Positions 18,717 to 28,901 of a stretch of DNA of 64,000 bases are shown one piece after another (position 1 is the stretch's first letter; each line of letters begins with the position of its first letter). Origin of the DNA: an archaeon. GTDB lineage: Archaea; Iainarchaeota; Iainarchaeia; Iainarchaeales; CSSED10-239. The stretch covers positions 10,742-74,741 of the forward strand of contig DAOOUC010000003.1 in assembly GCA_035390665.1 (NCBI GenBank), read 5' to 3'. The notes under the pieces were generated by a model. That model was not told where the DNA came from and searched no databases. It saw nothing but the letters and a program-made list of their open reading frames with translations. Made by a program: the position numbers and the translations under genes.

Positions 18717-19277
18717 TTATTTTTTCTTGATTTTAATTATGTCTTTAAACATCTTGTCTTCCATTATTGGAACTTCTTCTTTTTCTTCGTCTTTTTCCTT
18801 AGCTTCTTTTGGTTTTCTTGAAGTTCTTTTCTTTGTGTTTAATTCATCTTCAGAATAATCAGCATCGGATTCAGCCTTTTTCTTCTCTCTTGTTTTCTTT
18901 GCTTCTTTTTTCTCTTCTTTCTTTGCTTTCTTTGCTGTTACTTTTACGCTTTCTTTTTTATCTGAATCTTTTTCTTCAATTACTTCAAAGATTGATGATT
19001 TTCCTTCATTTAGAATTGTTATAATTGATATACCAAATGGTTTTCCACATACAGAACCAAGTTCTATACTCCCTTCTGGATATTCAATTACTTTTATTCC
19101 TAATAATTTTGCATAATAGAAAAAAAGATCCTTATCTTGTGAATCAATTGTTGAACTAACAATTATTAATTTTGGTTCACCAACTAAACATTCTTTTTTT
19201 GCTTGATTTGCACCGTAAATTATTTTACCTGTATCTATTGTATTTCTTAATTCTTGATTGAATTTTGTCCAATTCAT
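18717..19277 (-). CDS. rpl30e: Ribosomal protein L30e with ~80-aa Lys/Glu-rich C-terminal extension
   Basis: GKIIYGANQAKKECLVGEPKLIIVSSTIDSQ...GSVCGKPFGISIITI matches the L30e fold. The tail is KKEEKKEAKKTREKKKAESD... Confidence 0.8.
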   Translation of the reverse strand: MNWTKFNQELRNTIDTGKIIYGANQAKKECLVGEPKLIIVSSTIDSQDKDLFFYYAKLLGIKVIEYPEGSIELGSVCGKPFGISIITILNEGKSSIFEVIEEKDSDKKESVKVTAKKAKKEEKKEAKKTREKKKAESDADYSEDELNTKKRTSRKPKEAKEKDEEKEEVPIMEDKMFKDIIKIKKK

Positions 19278-19377
19278 ATGATATCCCTTTTTTTAATTTT
19301 TTTTTGTTGTCTTGCACATTTTATAGTTTTATAAACTTAAATATAATATTTAGGTTACAAAAACATTATAAATTAAA

Positions 19378-20598
19378 TTATTTATCAGATTTTAATTTTT
19401 CTTGCTGTTCTTTAGCTTTTATCATCTTTTGTAGCCCTTTAGCATCAAGAGTTAATCTGACTTTTCCTGTTCCTGCTGAAATTGGCTGTCCAACAATTAT
19501 GTTTTCTGTAATTCCAACAAGGCCTTCAACTTCTCCATTAAATGCTGCATTGATTATATGTTTTACTGTTTCTTCAAATGAAGCTCTAGCAAATGGACTT
19601 TTCTTTTTACCTGTAATTCCAGTTCTTACAACTCCTTGTATTATTCCTGAAGAAGTCATCATGTCTGCTAAGATATACAAGTGTCTTGTATTAATTGCAA
19701 TACCGTTAGTATCAAATGTAAACTTTAATTCTTTAACAATTGCATCTCTTGCGGCTTCAACACCAAATGCCTTATATATTTCAAAAATATCATTTGTTAT
19801 TGTTCTGTAAGTATCAACACCTTCTACTTTTAGAACTTCTTTTAAGTTTGATCCTTTTGTTTGAATCATTTTTTCTCCGTTCTTTTCTATAACAACGGCT
19901 TTTTCAATTCCTTTAACTCCATATAATTGAATTTTATTCCATTTTAATATTGCTTTTCTAATATCATAAAGTGGAGTTTTATTTCCAAAATGTAAATTTA
20001 TTTGTTGCTTATTGTTTGTAAATCTTTTAGAATCATATACTGTTGTTTTGGCTTTAGCTTTTGATTTTGTGTCTTCTTTTTTATCATTATCAATTTTTTC
20101 ATAAATTGATTCCATTACTTCTTCTTGATCTAAACCATAAATACTTGCTTTTTCTGAATCAAATTTAAATGAAACTACTCTTTCGGTGTAATTTTCAATA
20201 AAAGTCCCTACATCTCCAATCTTAACATCGACTAAATTTTTACAAAAATTATCAACATCTTTGTCTTTTTTTATAATTTCTCTATTAAGATAAATCTTCA
20301 TGGATGGATATCTTGCTTGTGAACGAGCATCAACAATTTCAATAACTCTTTGTATTCCTTGACCAACAGAAACTTCCAAAGAACCAGCATAGTGCTTTGT
20401 TCTAAGAGTTAACTGTGTTCCTGGTTCTCCTATTGATTGAGCTGCAATTAAACCAACTGCATCTCCAGGAACAACTAGGCCATCATTATACTTTTTTGTA
20501 ACAATATCTAGAAGTTTCTTTTTCTTTTCAGTGCTTAATTTTTTTATACTTGCGTATTTTTCTATTTTTTCTACAATTGAAATTGGTAATGACTTCAT
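19378..20598 (-). CDS. rpoA2: DNA-directed RNA polymerase subunit A''
   Basis: [32 protein letters not shown] (trigger-loop region of the RpoC C-terminal half). Operon position. Confidence 0.9.
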   Translation of the reverse strand: MKSLPISIVEKIEKYASIKKLSTEKKKKLLDIVTKKYNDGLVVPGDAVGLIAAQSIGEPGTQLTLRTKHYAGSLEVSVGQGIQRVIEIVDARSQARYPSMKIYLNREIIKKDKDVDNFCKNLVDVKIGDVGTFIENYTERVVSFKFDSEKASIYGLDQEEVMESIYEKIDNDKKEDTKSKAKAKTTVYDSKRFTNNKQQINLHFGNKTPLYDIRKAILKWNKIQLYGVKGIEKAVVIEKNGEKMIQTKGSNLKEVLKVEGVDTYRTITNDIFEIYKAFGVEAARDAIVKELKFTFDTNGIAINTRHLYILADMMTSSGIIQGVVRTGITGKKKSPFARASFEETVKHIINAAFNGEVEGLVGITENIIVGQPISAGTGKVRLTLDAKGLQKMIKAKEQQEKLKSDK

Positions 20599-20641
20599 TA
20601 TATCACGTTTTTTTAAATTTCATTAAATTTTTTTAAATCTT

Positions 20642-20671
20642 TGCGCGCGAGCCCGAGCGAAACCGGCTCTA
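20642..20671 (-). repeat. GC-rich hairpin element starting at the rpoA' TAG stop (transcribed strand: UAGAGCCGGUUUCGCUCGGGCUCGCGCGCAA)
   Basis: Same family as 674-745 and 23281-23311. Stem GAGCC/GGCUC. Confidence 0.65.
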
Positions 20672-23260
20672 CTCGTTGAAGAAATTTATGTTCTTTCCAA
20701 GATATGATTTATCTGGGGAAAGTCCATCTTCTCCATACATGAACTGAATTACTTGTCCATCAGCTGTTGTTACTTTTAGTTCATCATTGACTACAAGGTC
20801 TTTTAAAGCATTTGATAATCTTCTATAAAGATAACCAGATACTTTTGTAGCAACACCTGTATCGATTTCACCTTGTCTACCACCCATACAGTGACAGAAA
20901 TATTCTCTTGGATTCATTCCATCAAAGAAATTACTTTGTACAAATCCATAATCCATCATTTGATTTGTTCCTTTAGGACTTAAACTTAATAATCTATCAG
21001 AAAATCCAGCTTTTGGTCTTCCTGTTCTAACAGTAACTTGTCCCCAAAGTCCAAGCATATTAGAAACATTTAGAACTCTTCCACGAGAACCACCAACACT
21101 AGCAAGTAGTATAGAATTATTATTTGTTTTCTTGGTTTCAGAAAATAATTCATCTACTTTTATTTCTAAAATCTTATCTGTAATCTTGTCTTTCATTTCT
21201 GCAGAGATTTTTAAAAGCTCATTTTCAAATGTTTCTTCAAGATTCTTTCCTGGAGTTAATGGAAGTGTTCTATCTTCATATTTCTTAACAATTGCATTTG
21301 AACTTGCAATCATTCCTTTAACTTTTGCTTTAATTTCTTTTCTTAATTCTTCTGAAGCATTGTATTCATCTAATGCAACAGTTAATCCTTTTTTAGAAAC
21401 TGCAAAGAATACTAATTTTGAAAGTTTATAATAGAAATCAATTAATGTTTCATAACCATAGTGTCTATAGATTGTTTCAATTAATGCTCTTGGAGAACCA
21501 ATTTTTTCATCTATTACTCCTGAGATTATTTTACCTTTTTCAATTTTTAAATAACAATCATATTGACATTTTTCTTTCTTACATTTCTTACAGTCTTTTG
21601 CTTTTGAAACAATTGAACATAATTTATTCTTGTATTCTATATAGAAATCTTTTGGTAATATTTGACTAAATAATAATTTACCTGAATAGTTTCCTCTTCC
21701 TCTGTCAGCCGTTGGAAGTTCTGTGATTCCAATAGAATATAATATTTCCATTGCTTCTTTTCTATTAAATTCTGTTGATTCTCTTGTTAAAATATATGCT
21801 GCTGTAATAAGATCGTGATCTGGAGTAATAACTGGTCTTCCATTTCTAATACTTATAACGTGTTTTTCTGCAGCTAAAAGTTCTTTAACTTCAGAATAAG
21901 ATTCTTCACTTTGTGGTACATGAAGATTCATATCATCACCATCAAAGTCTGCATTGTATGGATCACAAGTTATTGGATTTAATCTAAATGTTTTTCCAGG
22001 TAATATTTTTGCATAGTGTCCCATCATAGACAATCTATGAAGTGTTGGCTGTCTGTTAAATATTACAACATCTCCGTCTTGTAATCTTCTTTTAATTGTC
22101 ATTCCTTCTACTAATAATTCTGCTAATTCTTCTTTATTTTCAGGAGTTATTATTTTTCTTGATCCTTTTTCTGTCAAGATATAACTTATATCTCCTTTTA
22201 ATAATTGTGCTTTTAATCTTTCCTTATTCCATAATGTAACTTTCTCTGGAACTGTCAAAGTGTTTGCTACTTGTTCAGGTATTCCAAGCTCATTAAATTT
22301 AATATCTATTGATGGTGTTATTGTTGAACGAGCAGAAGCATTTACTCTTTTTCCTATTAGATTATATCTAAATCTTCCTTTCTTTCCTTTCAATCTTTGA
22401 GCAATTGTTTTTAATGGTCTTCCTGATCTTTGTTTTGCTGGCGGAACTCCTGCTGTGTTATTATCAATATATGTTGTAATATTGTATTGTAACAGATCCC
22501 AAAGGTCTTCAATAATTATTTGTGGAGCACCTGCATTTATGTTTTCTTGTAATCTAATATTAATTCTTACAATATCTAGCAATTTGTAAGTTAAATCATC
22601 TTCAGAAGTAATTACATTTTCTAAAGACAAAGAAGGTCTTATTGATACAGGAGAAATTGGTAAAACAGAAAGAATAAACCATTGTGGTTTTAATTTATCT
22701 GAATATCCAAATAAAAATAAATCCTTTTCTGGAACTTTTACTAACCAATCTAATATTTCTGCAGGATATAATCTTTCTCCATTTTTAAAAAAGTTTGTTG
22801 GTTTATCTAAAGCAATTTTATTTACTGCAGCTTTACAGTGTGGACATTTCTTTGTACCCTTTACTCTATTTAATATTTCTTTTACACATTTCTCATTATC
22901 TTCTGAAATAAGCATTAATTCATTTATCTCTGTTTCATCTAATAATAATTTTCCACAATCTTGACAAGTTGATGCTAAAACATAATATAATTTCTCACCA
23001 AACTTTGGATGAACTGTTGGTCTTACTAATTCTAAAGAACCAAAGTGTCCTGGGCATGCTTTCATTGTCTGTCCACAAGTTTTACATCTAAGGCCTGGAG
23101 AGATAACACCTAAGTGAGGATCCATTAATCCTCTTTCTATAGGATAACCATCTTTATCATAAGTATCTGCTCTTGTAATTTCAACAGCAGACATCTTTCT
23201 GATCATTTCAGGACTTAAAACTCCAAATTCAATGCTTTTAATTTTCTTTGATGTGTTCAT
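20669..23260 (-). CDS. rpoA1: DNA-directed RNA polymerase subunit A'
   Basis: NADFDGDDMNLHVPQS catalytic aspartate triad. Zn-binding CxxC clusters near the N-terminus. Confidence 0.95.
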   Translation of the reverse strand: MNTSKKIKSIEFGVLSPEMIRKMSAVEITRADTYDKDGYPIERGLMDPHLGVISPGLRCKTCGQTMKACPGHFGSLELVRPTVHPKFGEKLYYVLASTCQDCGKLLLDETEINELMLISEDNEKCVKEILNRVKGTKKCPHCKAAVNKIALDKPTNFFKNGERLYPAEILDWLVKVPEKDLFLFGYSDKLKPQWFILSVLPISPVSIRPSLSLENVITSEDDLTYKLLDIVRINIRLQENINAGAPQIIIEDLWDLLQYNITTYIDNNTAGVPPAKQRSGRPLKTIAQRLKGKKGRFRYNLIGKRVNASARSTITPSIDIKFNELGIPEQVANTLTVPEKVTLWNKERLKAQLLKGDISYILTEKGSRKIITPENKEELAELLVEGMTIKRRLQDGDVVIFNRQPTLHRLSMMGHYAKILPGKTFRLNPITCDPYNADFDGDDMNLHVPQSEESYSEVKELLAAEKHVISIRNGRPVITPDHDLITAAYILTRESTEFNRKEAMEILYSIGITELPTADRGRGNYSGKLLFSQILPKDFYIEYKNKLCSIVSKAKDCKKCKKEKCQYDCYLKIEKGKIISGVIDEKIGSPRALIETIYRHYGYETLIDFYYKLSKLVFFAVSKKGLTVALDEYNASEELRKEIKAKVKGMIASSNAIVKKYEDRTLPLTPGKNLEETFENELLKISAEMKDKITDKILEIKVDELFSETKKTNNNSILLASVGGSRGRVLNVSNMLGLWGQVTVRTGRPKAGFSDRLLSLSPKGTNQMMDYGFVQSNFFDGMNPREYFCHCMGGRQGEIDTGVATKVSGYLYRRLSNALKDLVVNDELKVTTADGQVIQFMYGEDGLSPDKSYLGKNINFFNE

Positions 23261-23280
23261 CTTATCAACCTTTTAAATAT

Positions 23281-23311
23281 TGCGCGCGAGCCTCAAGCGT
23301 TGCCGGCTCTA
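23281..23311 (-). repeat. GC-rich hairpin element starting at the rpoB' TAG stop (UAGAGCCGGCAACGCUUGAGGCUCGCGCGCA)
   Basis: Same family. Lies in the 48-nt rpoB'-rpoA' spacer. Confidence 0.65.
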
Positions 23312-25135
23312 GTCAATTTTATCTCCAAGTTTTAATTTTGGATATACTCCCATTGCTTTTAGTTCGTCAAGTAATAACTTGAAACCATAACTAATCTTTA
23401 CTTGGTGTACATTTGTTCCATTACATACAGGACAAAACTTTTTGTTTCTTATCTTATCATCAACTGCTGGAATTCCACAGTCTTCACAAACCATGATATT
23501 CATTTCATCAGCATCATCCATTAATTTTTCTTGCAGAGTCATTGCAGCACCGTGAGAGACTAATGCTTCGCCTTCCATTTCACCGAATCTTAATCCTCCG
23601 CCTTTTTGCTTTCCTTCTGTTGGTTGTCTTGTTAATAATTGTACTGGTCCTTTGTCTCTTGCTTGTATTCTATTTACTACAAGGTGACTTAATAATCTTT
23701 CAAATGCAAGTGGTCCAACAAATATTGGCATCTCGATTTTCTCTCCTGTTCTTCCATCATAGAAAATTTCTTTACCATCTTGTCTAAATCCATTTGCTTT
23801 TAATAATTCAAATACTGCATCTTTATCATTTAAGAAAGGAGTTCCATCTATTTCTTTTCCACTACTTGAAACAGCTTTACCTGCAATACTTTCAAACAAG
23901 TGACCAAGAGTCATTCTTGAAGGGATTGAGTGTGGATTTAAAATAAAGTCTGGTTTTATTCCTTGACTTGTAAATGGCATATCTTCTTCTCTAATTACAG
24001 CACCAACAACTCCTTTTTGAGCATGATGACTTGTAAATTTATCTCCTACTTGTGGTTCAAGATATGTTCTTATTCTAACCTTACATAATTTTGTTCCAGA
24101 AATTGTTTCAGAAACCATTACTCTGTCAACATTTCCACTTAAGTGTTTTCTTGAACAAACAGAGGTATCTCTTCTCTCTTCTGTAACAACTCCAAACTCA
24201 GAAACTTCTTCAACAAATCTTGGAGGAGATGTCATTCCGATTAATACTCCGCCTTCATCTACTGGAGACTCTAAATTTATAATTCCATTTTCATCTAAAT
24301 GTTTATATGCATCTACCCCTCTATAACCGCTAGCTTCTTCAGTAGGCACCATAAACTTATCTGTTTGCCCTGAAGGATATCTTACTTCATTAGCAGAATA
24401 TGATCTATAATATGAAGATCTTGCAAATGCTCTTTGGATTGCTCCTTGATTAATAACATATGCATCAAGCATATTAAATCCTCTATAAGGCATAATTGCA
24501 ACAATTGCATTTTGTATCATTGGTCTTTTTTCTGTATGCATTAATTTTTCTGTTCTTGTAGTTACTAATGGCTTTTGTGGATAATACAAACAATGCATTT
24601 CTGTATCAAATCTTAAATTATAATTTGCTGAAGGAATTCCTGCTGCTTGTTTATACAATTTAGCACCGTGAATTGCTTTACCAGCCATGTTGTGTTCAAT
24701 GAATGGTATCATTGAAGAAATAATACTAAAGATTCCTGTTCCAGAAATTTCAATATGTGTGTGATCTGGTGTTAATTCATCTTCAGTTAAAGCAACATAA
24801 GCATTTTCTTCTTCTTCAGCATCTAAAAATTCAACAATTCCTTTTGAAAGTAAATCTTGCCAAGAAATTTTTTTTGCTTTTATGTCTTCTAAGATTTCTG
24901 GAGTAACTCTTGATACACCTTTGTCTGCAACAATTAATGGTCTTTGTACACGTCCTGCATCTGTGTTAATATATAATTCATTTGTAGTTTCATTATATGC
25001 AATATTAACTTGAGGATCAATTTGAAGAGCTCTTCTTTTTTTAATTAAATCTGCTCTTAATTTTTCTGGATCATCATGGAATCCAATTATTCCACCGTTT
25101 AAATAAATTTTTGCTTTACCTGTTGCTTTTGCCAT
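23309..25135 (-). CDS. rpoB1: DNA-directed RNA polymerase subunit B' (C-terminal half of split RpoB)
   Basis: GQKGVVGAV, RFGEMEGEAL, C-terminal Zn ribbon CEDCG...CPVC. Follows B''. Confidence 0.93.
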   Translation of the reverse strand: MAKATGKAKIYLNGGIIGFHDDPEKLRADLIKKRRALQIDPQVNIAYNETTNELYINTDAGRVQRPLIVADKGVSRVTPEILEDIKAKKISWQDLLSKGIVEFLDAEEEENAYVALTEDELTPDHTHIEISGTGIFSIISSMIPFIEHNMAGKAIHGAKLYKQAAGIPSANYNLRFDTEMHCLYYPQKPLVTTRTEKLMHTEKRPMIQNAIVAIMPYRGFNMLDAYVINQGAIQRAFARSSYYRSYSANEVRYPSGQTDKFMVPTEEASGYRGVDAYKHLDENGIINLESPVDEGGVLIGMTSPPRFVEEVSEFGVVTEERRDTSVCSRKHLSGNVDRVMVSETISGTKLCKVRIRTYLEPQVGDKFTSHHAQKGVVGAVIREEDMPFTSQGIKPDFILNPHSIPSRMTLGHLFESIAGKAVSSSGKEIDGTPFLNDKDAVFELLKANGFRQDGKEIFYDGRTGEKIEMPIFVGPLAFERLLSHLVVNRIQARDKGPVQLLTRQPTEGKQKGGGLRFGEMEGEALVSHGAAMTLQEKLMDDADEMNIMVCEDCGIPAVDDKIRNKKFCPVCNGTNVHQVKISYGFKLLLDELKAMGVYPKLKLGDKID

Positions 25136-25143
25136 ATTATCAC

Positions 25144-26610
25144 TTATTCTTTAGTTACATTTTCAGATTTTAAAATAGTTTTCAGATTTTCAGGATCTGT
25201 GTCTGTTGTAATCTTAGCCATCATAGCTAAGTTTTTTACAAGTCCACAGTTAGGACCATCTGGAGTTTCAATAGGACAAAGTCTTCCCCAGTGTGTTCCG
25301 TGAACATCTCTTGCTTCATATAATTCTCTTGAAGAATCTAAAGTTGATTTTACTTTTCTTAAATCTGTTATTGGTGTAATAAAATTATCTCTTGACATGT
25401 ATTTACTTACACCTGTTAATTGTCCAATCCAGTTGCCTGTACTAACTGCAAATAATATTCTTTCAGTAATTGCATCAGGTCTAATAACTGTATTGATATT
25501 TAATTTTCTATGTCTAGAAATTGTTCTATCAATCTGGAATTTTAAATCTTTTGTAAAGTGTTTAAAAGAAAATCTAAATAAGTTTTCCATTAATTTTCCA
25601 GATAATTCTAATCTCTTATTTGCATAATGGTCTTTGTCTGCTTGTGTTCTTAAGTTATATGCTTTCTCTATTATCTTAACAGCCATTGCAACCATGAAGT
25701 GAGCTTTCATTGTTCTTGCATCTGCTTCTTGACCTAAGTGAGGAAGTAAGAAAGAATCAATAACTTCTTTTGCTCTTCTAAGTCTATAGTTCTTTGTTTG
25801 ACTTGGAGCAACAGATCTTCCTATCTTATCAAGTGCTTCTTCTTCTGATTGTAATTCTATTTTATCTAAATTTAATAAAACTTCATTTTGAGAAATTTGA
25901 TCCTTTGGAAATAATTCTAAAATGTGGCTTGGTTTTAAAAAACCTAATGCATTTAATAATTCAATTAAGTATAATTTTCTTGGTGAGGATGGAAATGTTA
26001 CAGTAAATAATCCATCTGCTGTTCTTGATATTCTTACTTTTCCTTTAAATGCTCCTTTAACAGAAATTACTTGTGCATTAATTACTTCTTCTGTTTCATT
26101 AAGAAGAATTCTATCAAATGCTAAAACTTCTTGAGTGATTAATGCTTTTTCAGAACCATTAACAATAAGATATCCACCTCTATCCATTGGATCTTCTCCA
26201 TTTTCAATAAGTTCATCAGCAGTCATTCCATAAAGATTACATCTATTTGATTTTACTAAAATTGGCATTTCTCCAACATATGCTCTTTTTTCATCTTGAA
26301 GAACTCCTTTTCTATAAAGCTTAATATCAAGATAAATTGAACCAGAATAAGTAAGATTTCTAAGTCTTGCTTCCATTGGCATTAATCTAAATTTTGCTGT
26401 TCTGTCTGCTTCTACAATTTGTGGATTTGTTATTTCTACATTTGATAATGTTACATCAACATTATTACTTGAACTAATAAATCCATTCTCTTCAACAATT
26501 TCAGGAACTTTTTCATCAATAAATTGATTAAAAGAATTTATTTGTTGTTGAACAGGACTGTACATATCATAATAAGATTCAACTACTGACCACTTGTCTA
26601 GATTTTTCAT
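25144..26610 (-). CDS. rpoB2: DNA-directed RNA polymerase subunit B'' (N-terminal half of split RpoB)
   Basis: Rpb2 N-terminal lobe/protrusion/fork motifs. Gene order rpoH-B''-B'. Confidence 0.93.
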   Translation of the reverse strand: MKNLDKWSVVESYYDMYSPVQQQINSFNQFIDEKVPEIVEENGFISSSNNVDVTLSNVEITNPQIVEADRTAKFRLMPMEARLRNLTYSGSIYLDIKLYRKGVLQDEKRAYVGEMPILVKSNRCNLYGMTADELIENGEDPMDRGGYLIVNGSEKALITQEVLAFDRILLNETEEVINAQVISVKGAFKGKVRISRTADGLFTVTFPSSPRKLYLIELLNALGFLKPSHILELFPKDQISQNEVLLNLDKIELQSEEEALDKIGRSVAPSQTKNYRLRRAKEVIDSFLLPHLGQEADARTMKAHFMVAMAVKIIEKAYNLRTQADKDHYANKRLELSGKLMENLFRFSFKHFTKDLKFQIDRTISRHRKLNINTVIRPDAITERILFAVSTGNWIGQLTGVSKYMSRDNFITPITDLRKVKSTLDSSRELYEARDVHGTHWGRLCPIETPDGPNCGLVKNLAMMAKITTDTDPENLKTILKSENVTKE

Positions 26611-26669
26611 AATTTTTCACATTTTTCTAATTATAATTATAGCATTGATTTATTTTTTTTAAGAAAAAA

Positions 26670-27101
26670 TTATATAGAAACAACCTTTCTATAATAAACA
26701 ACATCTCCAATGGTTCTATTTTTTCTTGTAATCTTTATTACGTCTCCAACTTTAACTTCTAAATGAGCAATGCCAGGATCTGCAATAAAAATTAATGGTA
26801 GTTTCTCAGGATTTAGATTTTGTTCAGAAATAAGTTTATCTAATTCTTCTGAAGGAACAATTTCATGCTTAGGAATATAAGAATGTTTTATTTCTTCCTT
26901 TACTTTTCTTGCTCTCTTCTTTACTTTTCTTTTTTTTCCTTTCCCTAAATCTTCTTCATCATCATCTTCTTCAGCATAATCGAATTCTGCTTTTATTCCT
27001 GTTTCTTCAGTTTCTTCTGTTTCTTCAGGTAGTTTAATGTCAACGTCATCAATTGTAGAGTAATCATCTTCTAAACCGTAATCTGTTTTTATTCCTGGCA
27101 A
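26670..27101 (-). CDS. rpoH: RNA polymerase subunit H (Rpb5-like) with ~75-aa acidic/basic low-complexity N-terminal extension
   Basis: C-terminal HEIVPSEELDKL...LPLIFIADPGIAHLEVKVGDVIKITRKNRTIGDVVYYRKVV matches the RpoH core. N-term EETEETEETG...EEDDDEEDLGKGKKRKVKKRARK. Confidence 0.8.
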   Translation of the reverse strand: MPGIKTDYGLEDDYSTIDDVDIKLPEETEETEETGIKAEFDYAEEDDDEEDLGKGKKRKVKKRARKVKEEIKHSYIPKHEIVPSEELDKLISEQNLNPEKLPLIFIADPGIAHLEVKVGDVIKITRKNRTIGDVVYYRKVVSI

Positions 27102-27314
27102 ACTAACACCTTTTTTAATATTATGATTTTTCCTAAAATCTTAGTTTTTAACTATAATCTATGCTGATAGCAGGGTTTTAATTACACTTAAATTTGTAAA
27201 AATCGCTTAAATATAACTTAGAATTATAAAAAAACATAAATATAGCTAAACTAGATAGGAGCATAATATTATTTTTAGTTGCAAAACATTTATAAACACA
27301 TATGTTTTTACAAT

Positions 27315-28847
27315 TTATTTCTTTTTCTTTAAACTTCTTTCTTCTTTTTCGTTTAATTGTGTTAATTTCTCAAATAGTTGTTTTTCCTTATTTGCCAAGG
27401 TTTTTATGTTTTTTTCTATAACTTTCCCTTGCTTAATTAATTGCTTTTTTAATTCCTTTTCTTCTTGTTTTATGCCTTTTTCTAGTGTCTTTCCTTCTTC
27501 TCTTGTGAAATGAAGAAATTGATTTAGGCCAAAAATTATTGGTTTTTGTAATAAAATATTTTTAGGCAAATTTATTCTATTTGGATTTTGATCTCTAATT
27601 TTTCCTACAAAACCAATTGTAAATAATCTAAAAACAATGGATATTCCAAAAATTAATAATAGCCCATATTTTTCACTACCAAATAACCAGAATCTGGGAT
27701 TAGAAGAAATTATTCCGCCAAGTAAAGTTCCAAGAAGCATGGCTCCTGATTGAAATATTAAAAAGAAAGACATGTGGTGTATTAAATCACTTTTAATATT
27801 TTGATAAAAATAACCAAAGATTCCAAGAGTAAGTCCTGCCATTAATGCCCCATCTAAAACATTTAAGAAAAATAAAAGCCAAACATTACTTCCAAAAAGA
27901 ATAACTAAAAAAGGATATATTGGCAGAAATAAAATTATTGCTTTTAATACTTTAGTAGAACCATACTTATCACAAATTTTTCCCCAATAATAAAAGCTTA
28001 ATACTAAACCTAATATAGATGCAATTTCTAAAAAAACATACTGCTTATAACTAAAATTTAAAATTTCTAAAAAATAATATCTATAGTATGGTGCTGCAAC
28101 ATACATACTAAAATAAATCAATGTAACAATTAACAAAAAATATACAAATTGCTTATTTTTCAAAACAACTTCTTTGAAAACTTTAAATACTGGTTTTGAT
28201 CTTTCTTTTGATTCTTTGCATAAACAATCTTGATCTTCTGTTTGACTCATTTTTTTCATTACCATGTAAGAACCAAACCTAAATATTCCTGCAATTATAA
28301 AAATAAAGGTAAAACCTATTGTTGGATTTTTATGTATTGAGTCTAGTACAAAGCCGGCTAAAAACAAAGGAAGTATAGAAAATAAATTAAGTATAATCTG
28401 CTTTCTTGAATTATATTCTACAATTTTTGATGTATTAAATATTTTTCCAATCCACTCTCTGTATACACCTACAGGAAACTGTTCAACTAATGTTATTAAA
28501 CAATAAAATAATATTACTAACCAAATTACTAATTTATCATTAAATAAATAACCAACAATTGCTAATGGTATCCAAAAAAATGCTTGAAGAATTGTAAAAA
28601 ATAAAATAAAATGTTTTTCTGATTTAAAATATTTAAGAATACTATATGAAAACAAAACAGAAAAAGAAGCTAAAAATAATGGAAGAGTATTTAATAATCC
28701 AATCTGTAAGGTGTTTGCTTTAAGTGTAATAAGATAAGGCACTAAAAAGACTACACCTATATAATACATTACAGCCCAAGTTACTCCTTCAAGAATATAA
28801 TATTTTAAATCTCTTTGCTGTTGTTCAGGAGTTTGTTTAAATTGCAT
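27315..28847 (-). CDS. Polytopic (about 12 TM) transporter, MFS-like, with C-terminal coiled-coil tail
   Basis: Hydrophobicity pattern of two 6-TM halves. The C-terminal 70 aa are K/E-rich heptads. Confidence 0.45.
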   Translation of the reverse strand: MQFKQTPEQQQRDLKYYILEGVTWAVMYYIGVVFLVPYLITLKANTLQIGLLNTLPLFLASFSVLFSYSILKYFKSEKHFILFFTILQAFFWIPLAIVGYLFNDKLVIWLVILFYCLITLVEQFPVGVYREWIGKIFNTSKIVEYNSRKQIILNLFSILPLFLAGFVLDSIHKNPTIGFTFIFIIAGIFRFGSYMVMKKMSQTEDQDCLCKESKERSKPVFKVFKEVVLKNKQFVYFLLIVTLIYFSMYVAAPYYRYYFLEILNFSYKQYVFLEIASILGLVLSFYYWGKICDKYGSTKVLKAIILFLPIYPFLVILFGSNVWLLFFLNVLDGALMAGLTLGIFGYFYQNIKSDLIHHMSFFLIFQSGAMLLGTLLGGIISSNPRFWLFGSEKYGLLLIFGISIVFRLFTIGFVGKIRDQNPNRINLPKNILLQKPIIFGLNQFLHFTREEGKTLEKGIKQEEKELKKQLIKQGKVIEKNIKTLANKEKQLFEKLTQLNEKEERSLKKKK

Positions 28848-28901
28848 TTTTTTCTCTCTTTTGTTTATTAGAAATAGAAAGAGAAATATGTTTTTAAAGC
28901 T

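Noticed and set aside
21132-21669. ORFs 21132-21431 and 21418-21669 (+), and similar antisense ORFs inside rpoB/rpoA/EF-2/glyA (e.g. 23542-23787, 16693-16908, 9641-9877)
   Set aside because: They are antisense to long, motif-confirmed genes and have low-complexity hydrophobic translations typical of AT-rich antisense frames.
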